Shown here in pieces: positions 26,910 through 37,600 of a stretch of DNA of 64,000 nt; position 1 is the stretch's first letter, and each line of letters starts with the position of its first letter. Under the pieces are notes generated by a model. The model saw only the letters and a list, made by a program, of their open reading frames with translations, was not told the DNA's origin and searched no databases. A program made the position numbers and the translations under genes. The stretch covers positions 81,405 through 145,404 of the forward strand of contig JAUVEU010000001.1 in NCBI GenBank assembly GCA_030594645.1, read 5' to 3'. The DNA is from Candidatus Aegiribacteria sp. Its GTDB lineage: Bacteria; Fermentibacterota; Fermentibacteria; Fermentibacterales; JCC-6.

Positions 26910-27944
26910 TCAATTCAGGGGAGTTGCTACGACGAGAGTTTCAGTCGTTGAAAAGTGCTTTCCATCAGAGTCCACGCCTTCAAGGAGAAGCACATAAGGT
27001 CCGAGTGGAAGAATTTTGTTGTAATCGTCTTTTCCATCCCACTGAACAACGTCACCGGCTGGACGGGATTCCGCGAGATGAGTCACGGCTCTTCCCGATC
27101 TGTCAAAAACAGTAAGAGTAAAACGCATTCCGGCAGGACCGCCGTATTCAAGATTAACGGTTTCGCCAAGTACCGGAGCGAATGGATTACCGGTAAGAAC
27201 TGTAAGGTGAAAACCATCATAAATCGATGGCTGGTATACTTCCAGATCAGTCTGATATCTTGGAAGTAACTGGTATCCGCTATTATAAGGAGGTTCTGAA
27301 TCGTATTGCCCGCCGATGCCAAGCATGAACAGACGGGTACCGGCAGCGATATTGGAAACACTGATTCCAGTAGACTCGTTTACACGAACTGCAACTGAAG
27401 TCTGTCCGTTCCAGACGTTGAAATTGTATCCGCCCCCCGCAGACTCAGGATCATTGGCTACTGTAACCCATTGGGATAGCGAACTGTTTCCCAGAGCGAG
27501 AAGCTGACCTTCGATGCTTTCTGAAACTCCCTGATTCAAAGCCAGCTGAAGCGGCTGAGGCTCACCGGGATGATCGATGTAAACAAAATCCGAAGGTGAA
27601 TCGGGGGATATCTCGGTAAGACCGTTGTACTGCATGATCTCTCCGGTTATCCTCCATTCGTCCCCGGCTTCGATGACTCCCGGACTCGCTGAGCTGTAAG
27701 CGTATACATTTATTCCAGCTGTTTCATCCTGAACATAGAAACTCAGCCCTGTTTCGGAGAACAGCGTTCCCTCACATGTCGCGACCCCTTCTATGGTGAG
27801 GATTTCTCCAAGGTGATCTGGAATTCCATCACCGTTGAGGTCTTCTCTGGCTTCAGCAATCGAAACCGTCTGAGCACCGGCTAATCCTGCAAACAGGATT
27901 AACATCAGAACCGGGAAACTTCTTATCATCGTCTCCCCTTTCAC
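26910..27944 (-). CDS. Secreted protein with an OB-fold-like N-terminal region and a C-terminal FlgD-Ig/T9SS-type sorting domain.
   Basis: There is a signal peptide. The OB-fold-like nucleic-acid-binding pattern is GEILTIEGVATCEGTLFSETGLSFYVQDETAGINVYAY...GDEWRITGEIMQYNGLTEI. The C-terminus reads RFTLTVFDRSGRAV...VLLLEGVDSDGKHFSTTETLVV. Confidence 0.5.
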   Translation of the reverse strand: MKGETMIRSFPVLMLILFAGLAGAQTVSIAEAREDLNGDGIPDHLGEILTIEGVATCEGTLFSETGLSFYVQDETAGINVYAYSSASPGVIEAGDEWRITGEIMQYNGLTEISPDSPSDFVYIDHPGEPQPLQLALNQGVSESIEGQLLALGNSSLSQWVTVANDPESAGGGYNFNVWNGQTSVAVRVNESTGISVSNIAAGTRLFMLGIGGQYDSEPPYNSGYQLLPRYQTDLEVYQPSIYDGFHLTVLTGNPFAPVLGETVNLEYGGPAGMRFTLTVFDRSGRAVTHLAESRPAGDVVQWDGKDDYNKILPLGPYVLLLEGVDSDGKHFSTTETLVVATPLN

Positions 27945-27958
27945 AAGTGAATTAACTG

Positions 27959-29308
27959 TCAGTCAAGTTCGGAACCAAGCTCGGCATCTGCAAGGATGGC
28001 AGCTCTGGATAGAGCTTCTTCGGCACTCATTCTTCCATAGAGAGCAATCTCCACCGCCTCCGAAAGAAAAAGCCTTCCATCATACCAGAATGTCTGCTGT
28101 GGTTCGAACTGCGCGTATTCAATCTGTAGCATTACGTCTTCAAGACCGGGATACTCCACAAAGCGTTCCTGTATTTCAGGTTCCTCGATAGAACTGCGTG
28201 TAGCGGGAATATATCCGGTGGCAGCGCTCCATCTGGCCTGCTGACGAGGCTCTGTGAACCATTTGATGAACTCCCAGCCTGCTTCTATTTCATCAGGATC
28301 CGATTTAAAGAGAATAACATTCGTTCCCGCTATTATTACAGCCTGCTCCAGGTAAGCCGGAAGAGGAGCTATCCCCAGTGTAAAAACATATTCTCCATTT
28401 TCCTCCCTGCGCTGAAAGGTCTTTTCCATAAATGCAAGCGAAACCGTAGATCCCTGCACAAGACCAACGAGACCCTCCGCAAAATCGTTCTGATGTGTAT
28501 AACCGGAAGAAATCCTTGCGGAACCATCGGTATGTATCAGATCTATCATGAATTGAAGAGCCTCTATACCAGCCTGCGACGCAAACGCGGTTCTTGACCC
28601 GTCTTCAGACAGCAGAGATCCGCCACCCTGAAGAAGAAGGTTTTCGAACATACCCACACTGGGAGTGAATGCCGTTCCCCATCGATCAACATCGTCAAGC
28701 AGATCACCATCATTGTTGCCATCAACGGTAAGAGCGATCAGCAGATTGCGGTATTCGTCTCTTGTTGCTGCTGGTTCAAGGTTCAGACTGTCCATAAGCT
28801 CAACATTGTAATAGACAGCCTGCGCGCTTTTGTTGAAAGGAAAACTGTAGATTCTTCCGTCAAACGTATTATTCAGTCTGAAAACAGGGAAAAAATCGTT
28901 ATACCATCTGTCTGTAACATCCGGTGTATCAAGCTCCATGAGAGAGTCCAGAGGTACAAGGGCATTCCCTCTTATCAGCTGAGATGTCCAGGTTTCGTAT
29001 GCCTGTGCAACAACCGGGGTATCACCGGCCATGACGCTTGCCAGTATTTTCTGACAAAGGGCTCTGTAATTCCCCATGCTGACAGGAATAACTTCGATAT
29101 CCGGATGGGTAGCATTGAATTCGGCTACAAGTGAATCCTCCATGAATTCACCCAGAGGTCCGCCCATCGCGTGCCAGAACAAAACCTGAACAACACTGTC
29201 ATCGGCCTGTTCATTATTACCGCAGGCGAGCAGAATCAGGAGAAAGAAAAGTAAAAGAAAATGGTGTTTGATAAGATCAACCCCCCGAAATATCAAATTG
29301 AAACTCAT
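27959..29308 (-). CDS. ABC transporter substrate-binding lipoprotein (solute-binding protein family 1).
   Basis: 449 aa with a lipobox (LLACGNN). The SBP_bac_1-like fold is indicated by regions such as VLFWHAMGGPLGEF and FPFNKSAQAVYYN. No permease or ATPase gene is adjacent. Confidence 0.78.
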   Translation of the reverse strand: MSFNLIFRGVDLIKHHFLLLFFLLILLACGNNEQADDSVVQVLFWHAMGGPLGEFMEDSLVAEFNATHPDIEVIPVSMGNYRALCQKILASVMAGDTPVVAQAYETWTSQLIRGNALVPLDSLMELDTPDVTDRWYNDFFPVFRLNNTFDGRIYSFPFNKSAQAVYYNVELMDSLNLEPAATRDEYRNLLIALTVDGNNDGDLLDDVDRWGTAFTPSVGMFENLLLQGGGSLLSEDGSRTAFASQAGIEALQFMIDLIHTDGSARISSGYTHQNDFAEGLVGLVQGSTVSLAFMEKTFQRREENGEYVFTLGIAPLPAYLEQAVIIAGTNVILFKSDPDEIEAGWEFIKWFTEPRQQARWSAATGYIPATRSSIEEPEIQERFVEYPGLEDVMLQIEYAQFEPQQTFWYDGRLFLSEAVEIALYGRMSAEEALSRAAILADAELGSELD

Positions 29309-29363
29309 GGGAGTATAATACCTGAATGATTCTCCTACCAGATATTATTCACAGCAGATAGCG

Positions 29364-29618
29364 TCAGTCTTCCTGGCAGCACTTCCCTGATGCACAACTG
29401 TCCGGTTTGCTGTCAGATCCGCAACAGCTCGATCTTGAATTAGCATAGTCAGTTGCGTGAAATCCCGCCCCTTTGAAGATAATACCTGAACCGGTTCCTA
29501 TCAGCCGCTCTACTTCGCAGCCGCATTCAGGGCATGTTTTAATTGAATCATCACTCATCTGATGGAACTCTTCAAATTTGTGACCGCACTTTTTACATTT
29601 GTACTCATACGTTGGCAT
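29364..29618 (-). CDS. FmdB-family zinc-ribbon protein.
   Basis: The protein starts MPTYEYKCKKCGHKFE and contains CPECG, a Cys-rich tail. Confidence 0.7.
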   Translation of the reverse strand: MPTYEYKCKKCGHKFEEFHQMSDDSIKTCPECGCEVERLIGTGSGIIFKGAGFHATDYANSRSSCCGSDSKPDSCASGKCCQED

Positions 29619-29914
29619 TATTCTGATTCCTTCTTGGTTCTCTTCACAATATTATCTATCATGCTTATCGCCCCTGCAGGACATGCTGCGGCGCATGCGC
29701 CACATCCAGCACACCCCTTCTTAACGGAGGCTGCTCGATTCCTTCCAACTCTGATTCTTCCATAGTAACAGACGGATTCACATTCACCGCATCCCTTACA
29801 AAGCTCCTGTTTTACTGCAGCCCTGCGCAAAGGATGAGGTTTCCTCCAGATTCCTTTTCCGGGATAACCTTCAGCCGTATCCCGCTTGAGAATGTCCAGA
29901 ACGCCCATCTTCAA
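29618..29914 (-). CDS. 4Fe-4S dicluster ferredoxin-like protein.
   Basis: Two CxxCxxCxxxC(P) motifs are present (CKGCGECESVC and CAGCGACAAACP). Confidence 0.7.
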   Translation of the reverse strand: MKMGVLDILKRDTAEGYPGKGIWRKPHPLRRAAVKQELCKGCGECESVCYYGRIRVGRNRAASVKKGCAGCGACAAACPAGAISMIDNIVKRTKKESE

Positions 29915-30267
29915 ATCCTTTCAGAACTTAGTACAGGCAAGAATCATTCCAGTTAATATGCACCTATTATTACCTTATTGTCAACAACTTACAATCCCAG
30001 TCATCAGATGGAAAGGAGAATGGCGCCAATTTGACATAACAGATGAATCCGATTTAAGTACAATATTGCAGATGGAAAGAGATCCATTTTTCTATCGGTC
30101 GATATCCCACTATTTATGATTTATCTACTACGATCCAACTTATTACTGGACGCCAGGATGATCTGACATTAGTTTTTATTATAATAACATTCTTTTAACT
30201 GGTGAGGTTTAGAACTCTCTCTTGTTTAATGAATTAATACTTATCATTTAATGAAAGAAGAAATCGA

Positions 30268-31149
30268 ATGAAAAATTTTATCTTCATTGCTTTTATTGCT
30301 TTATCGATTTTGTCATCAGCAGGTGCCGTATCTTTATCCCCCTCTACTGAAGGTTTATCTCCGGATGATAGATCTGATGGGTCAAAAGGCGGCTCATTGA
30401 TAGCTGAGATCGCGGGACCATCCAATTGGGCACAAGTTTGGGGAGTTGCTTATCACGACGACCATAACATGCTTTATGTCAGCAGTAAACTCGATGACGA
30501 GGTAGCATACGGGGCTTACTCAGGCGGGAGGATAGTAACATGGACAGTGTTCGACAATGTTGAAGCTGTTTGCGGCCTGGGATGCTATCAGGATGATCTG
30601 CTCTTCGCATTGACCTGGAGTAATCCCCTGCATCCGGTACCATATTACCTGTATACCTGGAATCTCGATGCTTCCGGAGTACCGCTGCTTCCTGCAGATG
30701 TGTATGAACTTGGCACCCCTTTCACAGGCTCCCTGGGTGGATGTGAATGGGATGGAGAATATCTTTGGATTGTAGACAACTATACAAATTGTGATATATA
30801 CAAGTATGATGTGAGTACGCATTCAGTGATGAGTAATTGGACATACAGTGAACCGGGGGGCATTGGTATCGCATGTGTCTGGATTACGGGTGACATCAGA
30901 ATCTGGATAAGTGACTGGTACGGCGGCTACAAACTCTCGGAACATTCAGAAACCGGAGTTCTGACCGGGTTGAGTTACAGCATTATCACTAGCCCTCTCG
31001 ATATCGCGTACAAATACGATATGAATTTTGACGGTCCGGGATTTTTCGTTGGAAATTGGTTTGCAAGCACGGTAGATTTTTATGACCATTACCCGATGAC
31101 ACTGGATAGTTCTACGTGGGGCTGCATAAAAGCTGGTTTTGTTGACTAA
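30268..31149 (+). CDS. Hypothetical secreted protein.
   Basis: 293 aa with a signal peptide, rich in W/Y/G. It lies in an AT-rich island that switches to the plus strand. Confidence 0.5.
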   Translation: MKNFIFIAFIALSILSSAGAVSLSPSTEGLSPDDRSDGSKGGSLIAEIAGPSNWAQVWGVAYHDDHNMLYVSSKLDDEVAYGAYSGGRIVTWTVFDNVEAVCGLGCYQDDLLFALTWSNPLHPVPYYLYTWNLDASGVPLLPADVYELGTPFTGSLGGCEWDGEYLWIVDNYTNCDIYKYDVSTHSVMSNWTYSEPGGIGIACVWITGDIRIWISDWYGGYKLSEHSETGVLTGLSYSIITSPLDIAYKYDMNFDGPGFFVGNWFASTVDFYDHYPMTLDSSTWGCIKAGFVD

Positions 31150-31245
31150 ATGATGCTAAGGATTACCATCAGAAAAAGCCTTTGATCATGATAGCAACTG
31201 ATTTATATTCAGTTAGTCTACAAATACAATTGTGATTGGTTTACT

Positions 31246-31788
31246 ATGTTATCAGGGATTACTATTGCTATTCTTTCGCTTCTGAATATCACAGCCTGTT
31301 CTGATATTCAACATTCAGATTTGCAGCCCGGTTCAATAATTGCATTCGAAGAAAACGAATTAGAACCCACATCAGCACCCATCAATGTTGCGGATATACT
31401 TCAGGGAGTATGGCTGGTTTCATACCTCGATGATGATTTGAATCCTGTAAGGCTTGGAATTCTACTTATGGACAGCACTGAATATCAATTCATCCATTAT
31501 CCATCTGTTACGATTCCACCCTGGTACAGTTCAAGATTCAGTTTTGTCAGGAACCTGCATGGATCAGTCGAATTCGGGTATTTGCCTGAGACCGGTCAAA
31601 CAGGCTCAAATGTCTCAGCCAGACCTGATGACATACTGAGCGGGTTTAATAACCATGCTACTCTTGTTACGTGCCGGTTCGATGATGGCGAAGAATTCTA
31701 TATTATTCTGGATCTTGACGGAATGGAATTGTATTTCCATGGAATGCTGTCTGAGATTCAGCTTTATCATATTTATAAGAACATCTGA
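31246..31788 (+). CDS. Hypothetical lipoprotein.
   Basis: 180 aa with a lipobox (LLNITAC). Confidence 0.45.
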   Translation: MLSGITIAILSLLNITACSDIQHSDLQPGSIIAFEENELEPTSAPINVADILQGVWLVSYLDDDLNPVRLGILLMDSTEYQFIHYPSVTIPPWYSSRFSFVRNLHGSVEFGYLPETGQTGSNVSARPDDILSGFNNHATLVTCRFDDGEEFYIILDLDGMELYFHGMLSEIQLYHIYKNI

Positions 31789-31857
31789 GATCAGTCAGAT
31801 GATCTGAAATGACTGTTTCAGAACCGGGAACGATGTAATAACCGAGGAGGTAAAGTT

Positions 31858-32100
31858 ATGACAATGGTAGAAGTCCGTGAGATGCTGTTCTGGTGCTCGA
31901 TCATAAATATGGGGCTTCTGGTACTGATGTTCCTTGCGTTTCTTACAGCTGGAAAATGGATCTGCAGGATCCACGGAAAGATGTGGGGTCTCCCTGAGGA
32001 GCAGGTTCGTCTTTCAATTTACAGGGCAATGGCCACTTACAAGATGCTGGTCTTCATCCTCAGCGTCGTCCCATACGTAGCGCTCCGGATAATCGGGTGA
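31858..32100 (+). CDS. Small hypothetical membrane protein.
   Basis: 80 aa with 2 TM helices. A strong GAGGAGG Shine-Dalgarno site lies 7 nt upstream. Confidence 0.4.
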   Translation: MTMVEVREMLFWCSIINMGLLVLMFLAFLTAGKWICRIHGKMWGLPEEQVRLSIYRAMATYKMLVFILSVVPYVALRIIG

Positions 32101-32142
32101 ATCTGCCTTAACTCTGCATATACCGGAAATAGCTGATACGGA

Positions 32143-32173
32143 ATAAGAATTCCTATTCTTATGCTTTTGTATT
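32143..32173 (+). terminator. Putative intrinsic terminator (ATAAGAAT-tcct-ATTCTTAT followed by GCTTTTGTATT).
   Basis: An 8 bp perfect A/T-rich stem is followed by a T-rich tract on the plus strand. It sits between the convergent genes ending at 32100 and starting at 32215. Confidence 0.35.
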
Positions 32174-32214
32174 AATTATTTTTAAATACCTTGCAACAGT
32201 GATGAGCATGATGA

Positions 32215-33297
32215 TTACAGGTTTTCGGAAACGCGTCTGATAGAAACTGGTGACCCTTCTTTGACTCTGAACTGGCCTTCGACAATCACAGAATCAGTTA
32301 TTTCAATCCCGGATAGTATCTGTGCCATTCCACCACTTCTTATACCTATCTCTACAGACCTTATCGATGTAATCCCATTCTCCACAACAGCAACATAAAA
32401 ACCGGAGCCTGTTCTTCTTAAAATATTTTCGGGAACCAGTAGAACATCTTCAACGATCTCGGTTATGATACATACTCTTCCGCTCATTCCCGATCTCAGT
32501 CTGCCATCCGGGTTGTGAAATGTAATTCTCGTTGGAACTTTCCCGCTTACTGGATCCACAGAACTTGATACAGCAGTAACAATTCCAGGAAAGGATTCAC
32601 CGTAGAGCACCTGAACTGTCACATAGGCAGGAAGCCCAACGGAAAGGTCGAAAAGGTAGATTTCAGGGAGCATTATCTGAGCGGATATTTCAGATGTATT
32701 TGAAATACTGAGTAATGGCTCTCCTGAAACAGTATTGCCTGTTCGAGCCCAGATCCTTCCAACTTTTCCTGAAAAAGCCGCCGTTACATAAGCACTGGAT
32801 TGGCTGCTTCTGGTAAGAGCGTAGACTGCATACGCCTGATTAAGATTTTCCCTGGTGATCGATGCTGCTGCCCTGGCATCTTCCATTTGCTGCTCACTTA
32901 CAGCACCTGCCTGGTAAAGTCCAGATAATCTGTCGAAGGTTGTCTGTGCGTTGTCAGCATATGCTTTTGCAACACTGACAGAGGCGTTTGCAGCAATGGT
33001 TTCAGCATTAACTCCCTGATCGGAATCAAGCTTCACAAGATGCTGCCCGGCAGTCACCGAGTCACCTTCCACGACAAGAACCTCTTCGATCCGCCCCGGC
33101 ACCGTTGCATAGACAAGAGTCTCTTCTATTCCTTCGAGCCTTGTGTCCACATATATGGCTGCGGATATGGAGGAAATCTCCGGAGATGCAACAGAGACAT
33201 TTATTACAGGCAAATCCAGTTCTTCCTCTGATCCACATGCTGCTATCATGAGAATAAGAATTAAGACTGATCTCAAACGGAAACTGGTTCGTTTCAT
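32215..33297 (-). CDS. Efflux RND transporter periplasmic adaptor subunit (MFP).
   Basis: 360 aa lipoprotein (MIAACGSEE). Biotinyl/lipoyl-like and beta-barrel MFP domains are present. Confidence 0.85.
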   Translation of the reverse strand: MKRTSFRLRSVLILILMIAACGSEEELDLPVINVSVASPEISSISAAIYVDTRLEGIEETLVYATVPGRIEEVLVVEGDSVTAGQHLVKLDSDQGVNAETIAANASVSVAKAYADNAQTTFDRLSGLYQAGAVSEQQMEDARAAASITRENLNQAYAVYALTRSSQSSAYVTAAFSGKVGRIWARTGNTVSGEPLLSISNTSEISAQIMLPEIYLFDLSVGLPAYVTVQVLYGESFPGIVTAVSSSVDPVSGKVPTRITFHNPDGRLRSGMSGRVCIITEIVEDVLLVPENILRRTGSGFYVAVVENGITSIRSVEIGIRSGGMAQILSGIEITDSVIVEGQFRVKEGSPVSIRRVSENL

Positions 33298-34622
33298 ATA
33301 TTCTCCTCCGGTTCTGTGTTGAACTGGAGATCCGGGTCCAGTATACCCATAGCCCTTGCAACATGTCCTTCGGCAATTCTCAGTTTGTAAAGAGCTGAAG
33401 CTAAGTTTGTTCTTGCAGATGTAAATGCCAGAAAAGCCTGATCCATATCGAGTCTTGTGATTGTCCCGGCTTCGTATGAAACTATCGCTATCTCCGTGGA
33501 TTCCTGTGCCTGTCTCAGAGTGTATGATGTGGCATCTACACTCTCTTTTGCCTCTATCAGACTGTTCCAGGCCTGCAACAGAAACAATGAGGTCGCCTGC
33601 CTGAGAGATCCTGCATTAGCTTGATAAGCCAGCCGATCTGCCCTGGCGGAATTGTATCCGGCAATATCATTCAATCCATTGAAGAGAGGTATCTGGATCA
33701 TCACAGAGGCGCACAGGTTTCTCTCATAATCATCTGAAGTAAAATGCCAGTCATCACGCATTGCATGGTAGTTAAAATCGGTTTGAAGGATAAGAGAAGG
33801 ATAGAAAGCAGCTGAAGCCATTGACACCTGCGCGTTCCCTATTTCTTCCATTATTGCTGCGGTTACCAGGTCAGGATTGCTATTCAACATTATTTCACAG
33901 GCTTCTTCATACGTTTCAGGCAGAATGAAAAACGGAACGGTTTCCAGACTACCATCCGGTTTCACAGACACATCATCGGATAGACCAAGCGCTACTGCAA
34001 AACTGGCTATTGCATGATGTAATCCGCTTCGAGCCGCGATTTCATCAGGTTTCCTGTTTTCCCAGGCTACTTCACTTTGAAGTAATTCAAACCGTGAGAT
34101 AATGCCTGCTTCAAAACGGGCCTGTGCTACTTCAAAACCCTCCTCAGCAATAGTCAAGGCTTCTTCTGATACCATAACCATTTCCTGTGCGAGAAGAACT
34201 CCATAAAATGCTTCTATTACGTCAAGAACAACATCCTGTTCTACAGAAGTTAATTGACTGACAAAGAGGTTTTCAGTCTCAACCGACAACCTGTAACCGG
34301 CAGGACCCTGAGGAATGAAAAGGGGGATATCCACGCTTATCCCTGCGTATGAGACATATTCAGAACCCATGGGAATCGAACCCATCCCGGCAACCTCAAT
34401 CACCTGAACATCATAGTCGCGTATGAAACTAAGATTCGCATTAACAGAAGGGAGGAACCAGAGTTCAGCATTGCGTCTGTCCCAGGTAGAACTCTCCAGA
34501 GTACTCCTTGCTGCCATCAGGTCATTACGTTTCTCAAGTGCAGCTCTGATTGATTCCTCCAGCGTAAGAGAATGTGCCGTTCCGCATATAAGCAGGAATG
34601 TCAATATATCGGATGATTTCAC
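33294..34622 (-). CDS. TolC-family outer-membrane efflux protein.
   Basis: TolC repeats are present. The start is called at GTG 34622..34620 with a GAAGAAGG Shine-Dalgarno site, sharing one base with the RND TAG stop (TAGTG) and giving the signal peptide MKSSDILTFLLICGTAHS. The longer ORF to 34736 overlaps the RND gene. Confidence 0.85.
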   Translation of the reverse strand: MKSSDILTFLLICGTAHSLTLEESIRAALEKRNDLMAARSTLESSTWDRRNAELWFLPSVNANLSFIRDYDVQVIEVAGMGSIPMGSEYVSYAGISVDIPLFIPQGPAGYRLSVETENLFVSQLTSVEQDVVLDVIEAFYGVLLAQEMVMVSEEALTIAEEGFEVAQARFEAGIISRFELLQSEVAWENRKPDEIAARSGLHHAIASFAVALGLSDDVSVKPDGSLETVPFFILPETYEEACEIMLNSNPDLVTAAIMEEIGNAQVSMASAAFYPSLILQTDFNYHAMRDDWHFTSDDYERNLCASVMIQIPLFNGLNDIAGYNSARADRLAYQANAGSLRQATSLFLLQAWNSLIEAKESVDATSYTLRQAQESTEIAIVSYEAGTITRLDMDQAFLAFTSARTNLASALYKLRIAEGHVARAMGILDPDLQFNTEPEENI

Positions 34623-37600
34623 TACCGTACCTTCTTCCATCGACCAAGTAATGAGTATAGAACTGGAAGAACGACAAGAGACAGAACAGTTGAGACAATA
34701 AGGCCACCTGAAACAACCCTGGCCATTGGAGCCCACATTCCACCGCTTTCACCGGTTCCGAGAGAAAGCGGCAACATGGCAAATATTGTTGTCATGGCAG
34801 TCATCAATATCGGGCGTATTCTTGCCTTTGCCGCGAGAATGACTGCTTCTGTTGCATCAATTCCATTTTTCCTCTGTCTGTTGGCAAAGTCCACAAGTAC
34901 TATTCCATTGTTAACCACGATTCCTATCAGCATCAGAACACCGATCAATGCAGTAACTGTTAGAGTTGTTCCTGTGATTAGAAGAGCCCAGATAACACCA
35001 ATGAAGGCAAATGGAACAAGAAATATGATAATGAACGGCTCCAGGAAGGATTCGAACTGGCTTGCCATAATCATATAAACCAGGATGCCGGCAACAAGAA
35101 TAGCGATAATCATTCCTTTGAATGATTCTCTCTGTTCAGCCGTCTCACCACCCAGTACTACTCTGTGATCGCCCAGATCGAGGGTGTCGAGCATTTCCTC
35201 TACATCAGACACAACAGAGCCCAGAGAGCGGTCTTGAATGCCGCATCTGACGGTCGCCAGCCTGCTTTGATTCTCATGTTCTATTGCCCTGGGTATTAAC
35301 CTGCTCTCAAAACTTCCCCAGACATCCAGGGGTGAGCCCAGAATTGTCAACCCGAGTATTTCTTCTCTGCTCATTACGAAACTGCTGTCAATCTGAAGAT
35401 GAATATCAATTTCCCTGCCGGCTTCGTAGAGTACCGAGGGATTTGACCCAAGCAGACCCAGTTGGAGTTCCACTGCAAGATCCGCACTTGATAAATTCTG
35501 AAGTCTGAGAGTTACATCATTCGGTACGAAAGCAATCTGAACAATTTCCTTTTCCAGCGTTGAGTGCAAATCAACAACACCTTTGATATCTTCCATTTCC
35601 CTCATTACAATTCCTGCTGTTTCTCTGAGATCATCAAGATCGTTTCCGAAAATATCTATTTCAATCGGCCAACCCCCTCCAAGGGGATCTCCTGCATTGA
35701 ACTCAACATTGATACCGGGAATTTCTTCAAGAGCTTCCCTCAGTAAATGCTCATACTCCGCCATCACTCTGGATCTGCTTTCACTGTTTGAAAAAAAAGG
35801 CCTTACCTCTATTTCGTTCGTGGCACTTGTTCCTCCAAAAAGCGCAGCATTGCCTGTATTCCTGCCAAGGGTTGTGTAAATGTGTTCCAGGTCAGCAGGC
35901 TCAATTGCAGATATGAGTACTTCCTCGATTATTCTTGCAGTACTGTCGCTTGATTCAAGCGTTGTACCGGTTGCCCTGCTGATGAGAATTTCCATTCTTC
36001 CTTGATCAGCAGTCGGCATGAACTCTGTGGGGATAAATCCCAACATGAACAGCGACGCGATAAATACTGCAACTGTTGTTAAGAGTACGGATAGACGGTG
36101 TCCGGTTGCCCACTCAACTAGAAGTGAATAGCGCTTCTCTAAAGATTCAAATGCGCTGTCCAGGATATTCCCTGCCCCGGTTTTCCTGTACGATTGCAGT
36201 TTCCTCATCCTCGACGAGAAGAGGGGGATGAGGGTAAGAGCCACAAACAGCGATACTGCAAGACTGAAACTTACAGTAAGGCTCATATCTCTGAAAAGTA
36301 AACCAACGATACCGGGCAGTAAAAGAATTGGGATAAATACGGCTATTGTTGTCAGTGTCGAAGCTGTTATTGCCATTCCGACCTCACTTGCTCCCTGGAT
36401 CGAGGACTCAACAAGATTCAGGTTCCGTTCGCGGAGTCTGTGAATATTTTCAAGCACTACTATCGAGTTATCCACAACCATCCCGATTGAAAGACCAAGA
36501 CCTGCAAGAGATATGAAATTAAGATTCACACCGACGAAATACATCGCAGCAAATGTGGCGGCTATCGACAAGGGCATAGAGAGTGAAATAATTATTGACG
36601 CACCCCAGGATCGCAAAAACATGAAAAGTATGAGAGCAGCCGCAACAATCGACAGTATGCCGATCGTAAAAAGATTACGCATGGATCGTCTGATGAAATC
36701 CCCGAAACTGCTGACTATCTGTATTTCGATCTGACCGCCATACGAAGAATCGATATTTTCAAGAGTTCTTTCAACATTATCGCAAACTTCTGTTGTATTG
36801 GAACCTGGTCCTTTTCTGATAACGCAGAAAATGGTCGGTTGTCCGTCAAGCCGCGTATGGGTTTCTCTTTCTTCGTGACCGTCATAAACATGGGCTATGT
36901 CTCCGAGCAGTATGTTTTCTCCTCCGGCACACTGTCCTACAAGAGTATTTCTGATCTGATCCACACTATGGAAACCTGACTCGATTGAAAGCGTCAGCGT
37001 CAAACCTCCGGTTTCCAGATCTCCTGCGGGAGTATCTGTTCCAAAAGCGCTGAGTAACCGCTCCACATGGGTCATCGTAAGACCATATGACGAAAGCAGT
37101 ACAGGATTCACATCAACACGTACCTGTCGAACAAAACCGCCTTGAGTTGAGATATGACCAACCCCCTGAGTTCTGCCGATTATCGGCACTATCTCTTCTT
37201 CGACTGTCCAGCGGAGATCTGTCATACTCATACAGTCGCTGGAAAAGGAAAGCTCCAGAATTGGAGCATTGTCAGAAGCCAGAGCGAAGATGTAAGGATC
37301 AAGGGCCTCTGACGGCAGCTGAGATTTTACTTCATCAAGGACTTCTCGAATCCTGTCTTCCGACTCTTTCATATCGGCAGTTGAGCTGAACTCAATTGTC
37401 ACCATGCTTGTTCCGCTGGAGGAAACCGAGTTAATGCTTTCTACATCCTCAACCGTGGAAACAGCACTTTCAATCACTTCCGAGATCAGAGTTTCTATTT
37501 CTTCCGGACCCGCGCCTCTCATTGACGTTATAACCATAACAGTGGGAAGCTGTATTTCCGGGTAAAAGTCAACGCCAAGATTGAGAACGCCAAACACCCC

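Noticed and set aside
31789-31830. Small palindromes TCAGAT|g|ATCTGA and CTGAAA...TTTCAG after the lipoprotein gene.
   Set aside because: The stems are short (6 bp) with no following T-tract. They are weak, and they were not called as a terminator or operator.
34776-37389. Plus-strand ORFs inside the RND permease gene.
   Set aside because: They are antisense to an unambiguous 1016 aa AcrB-family gene.
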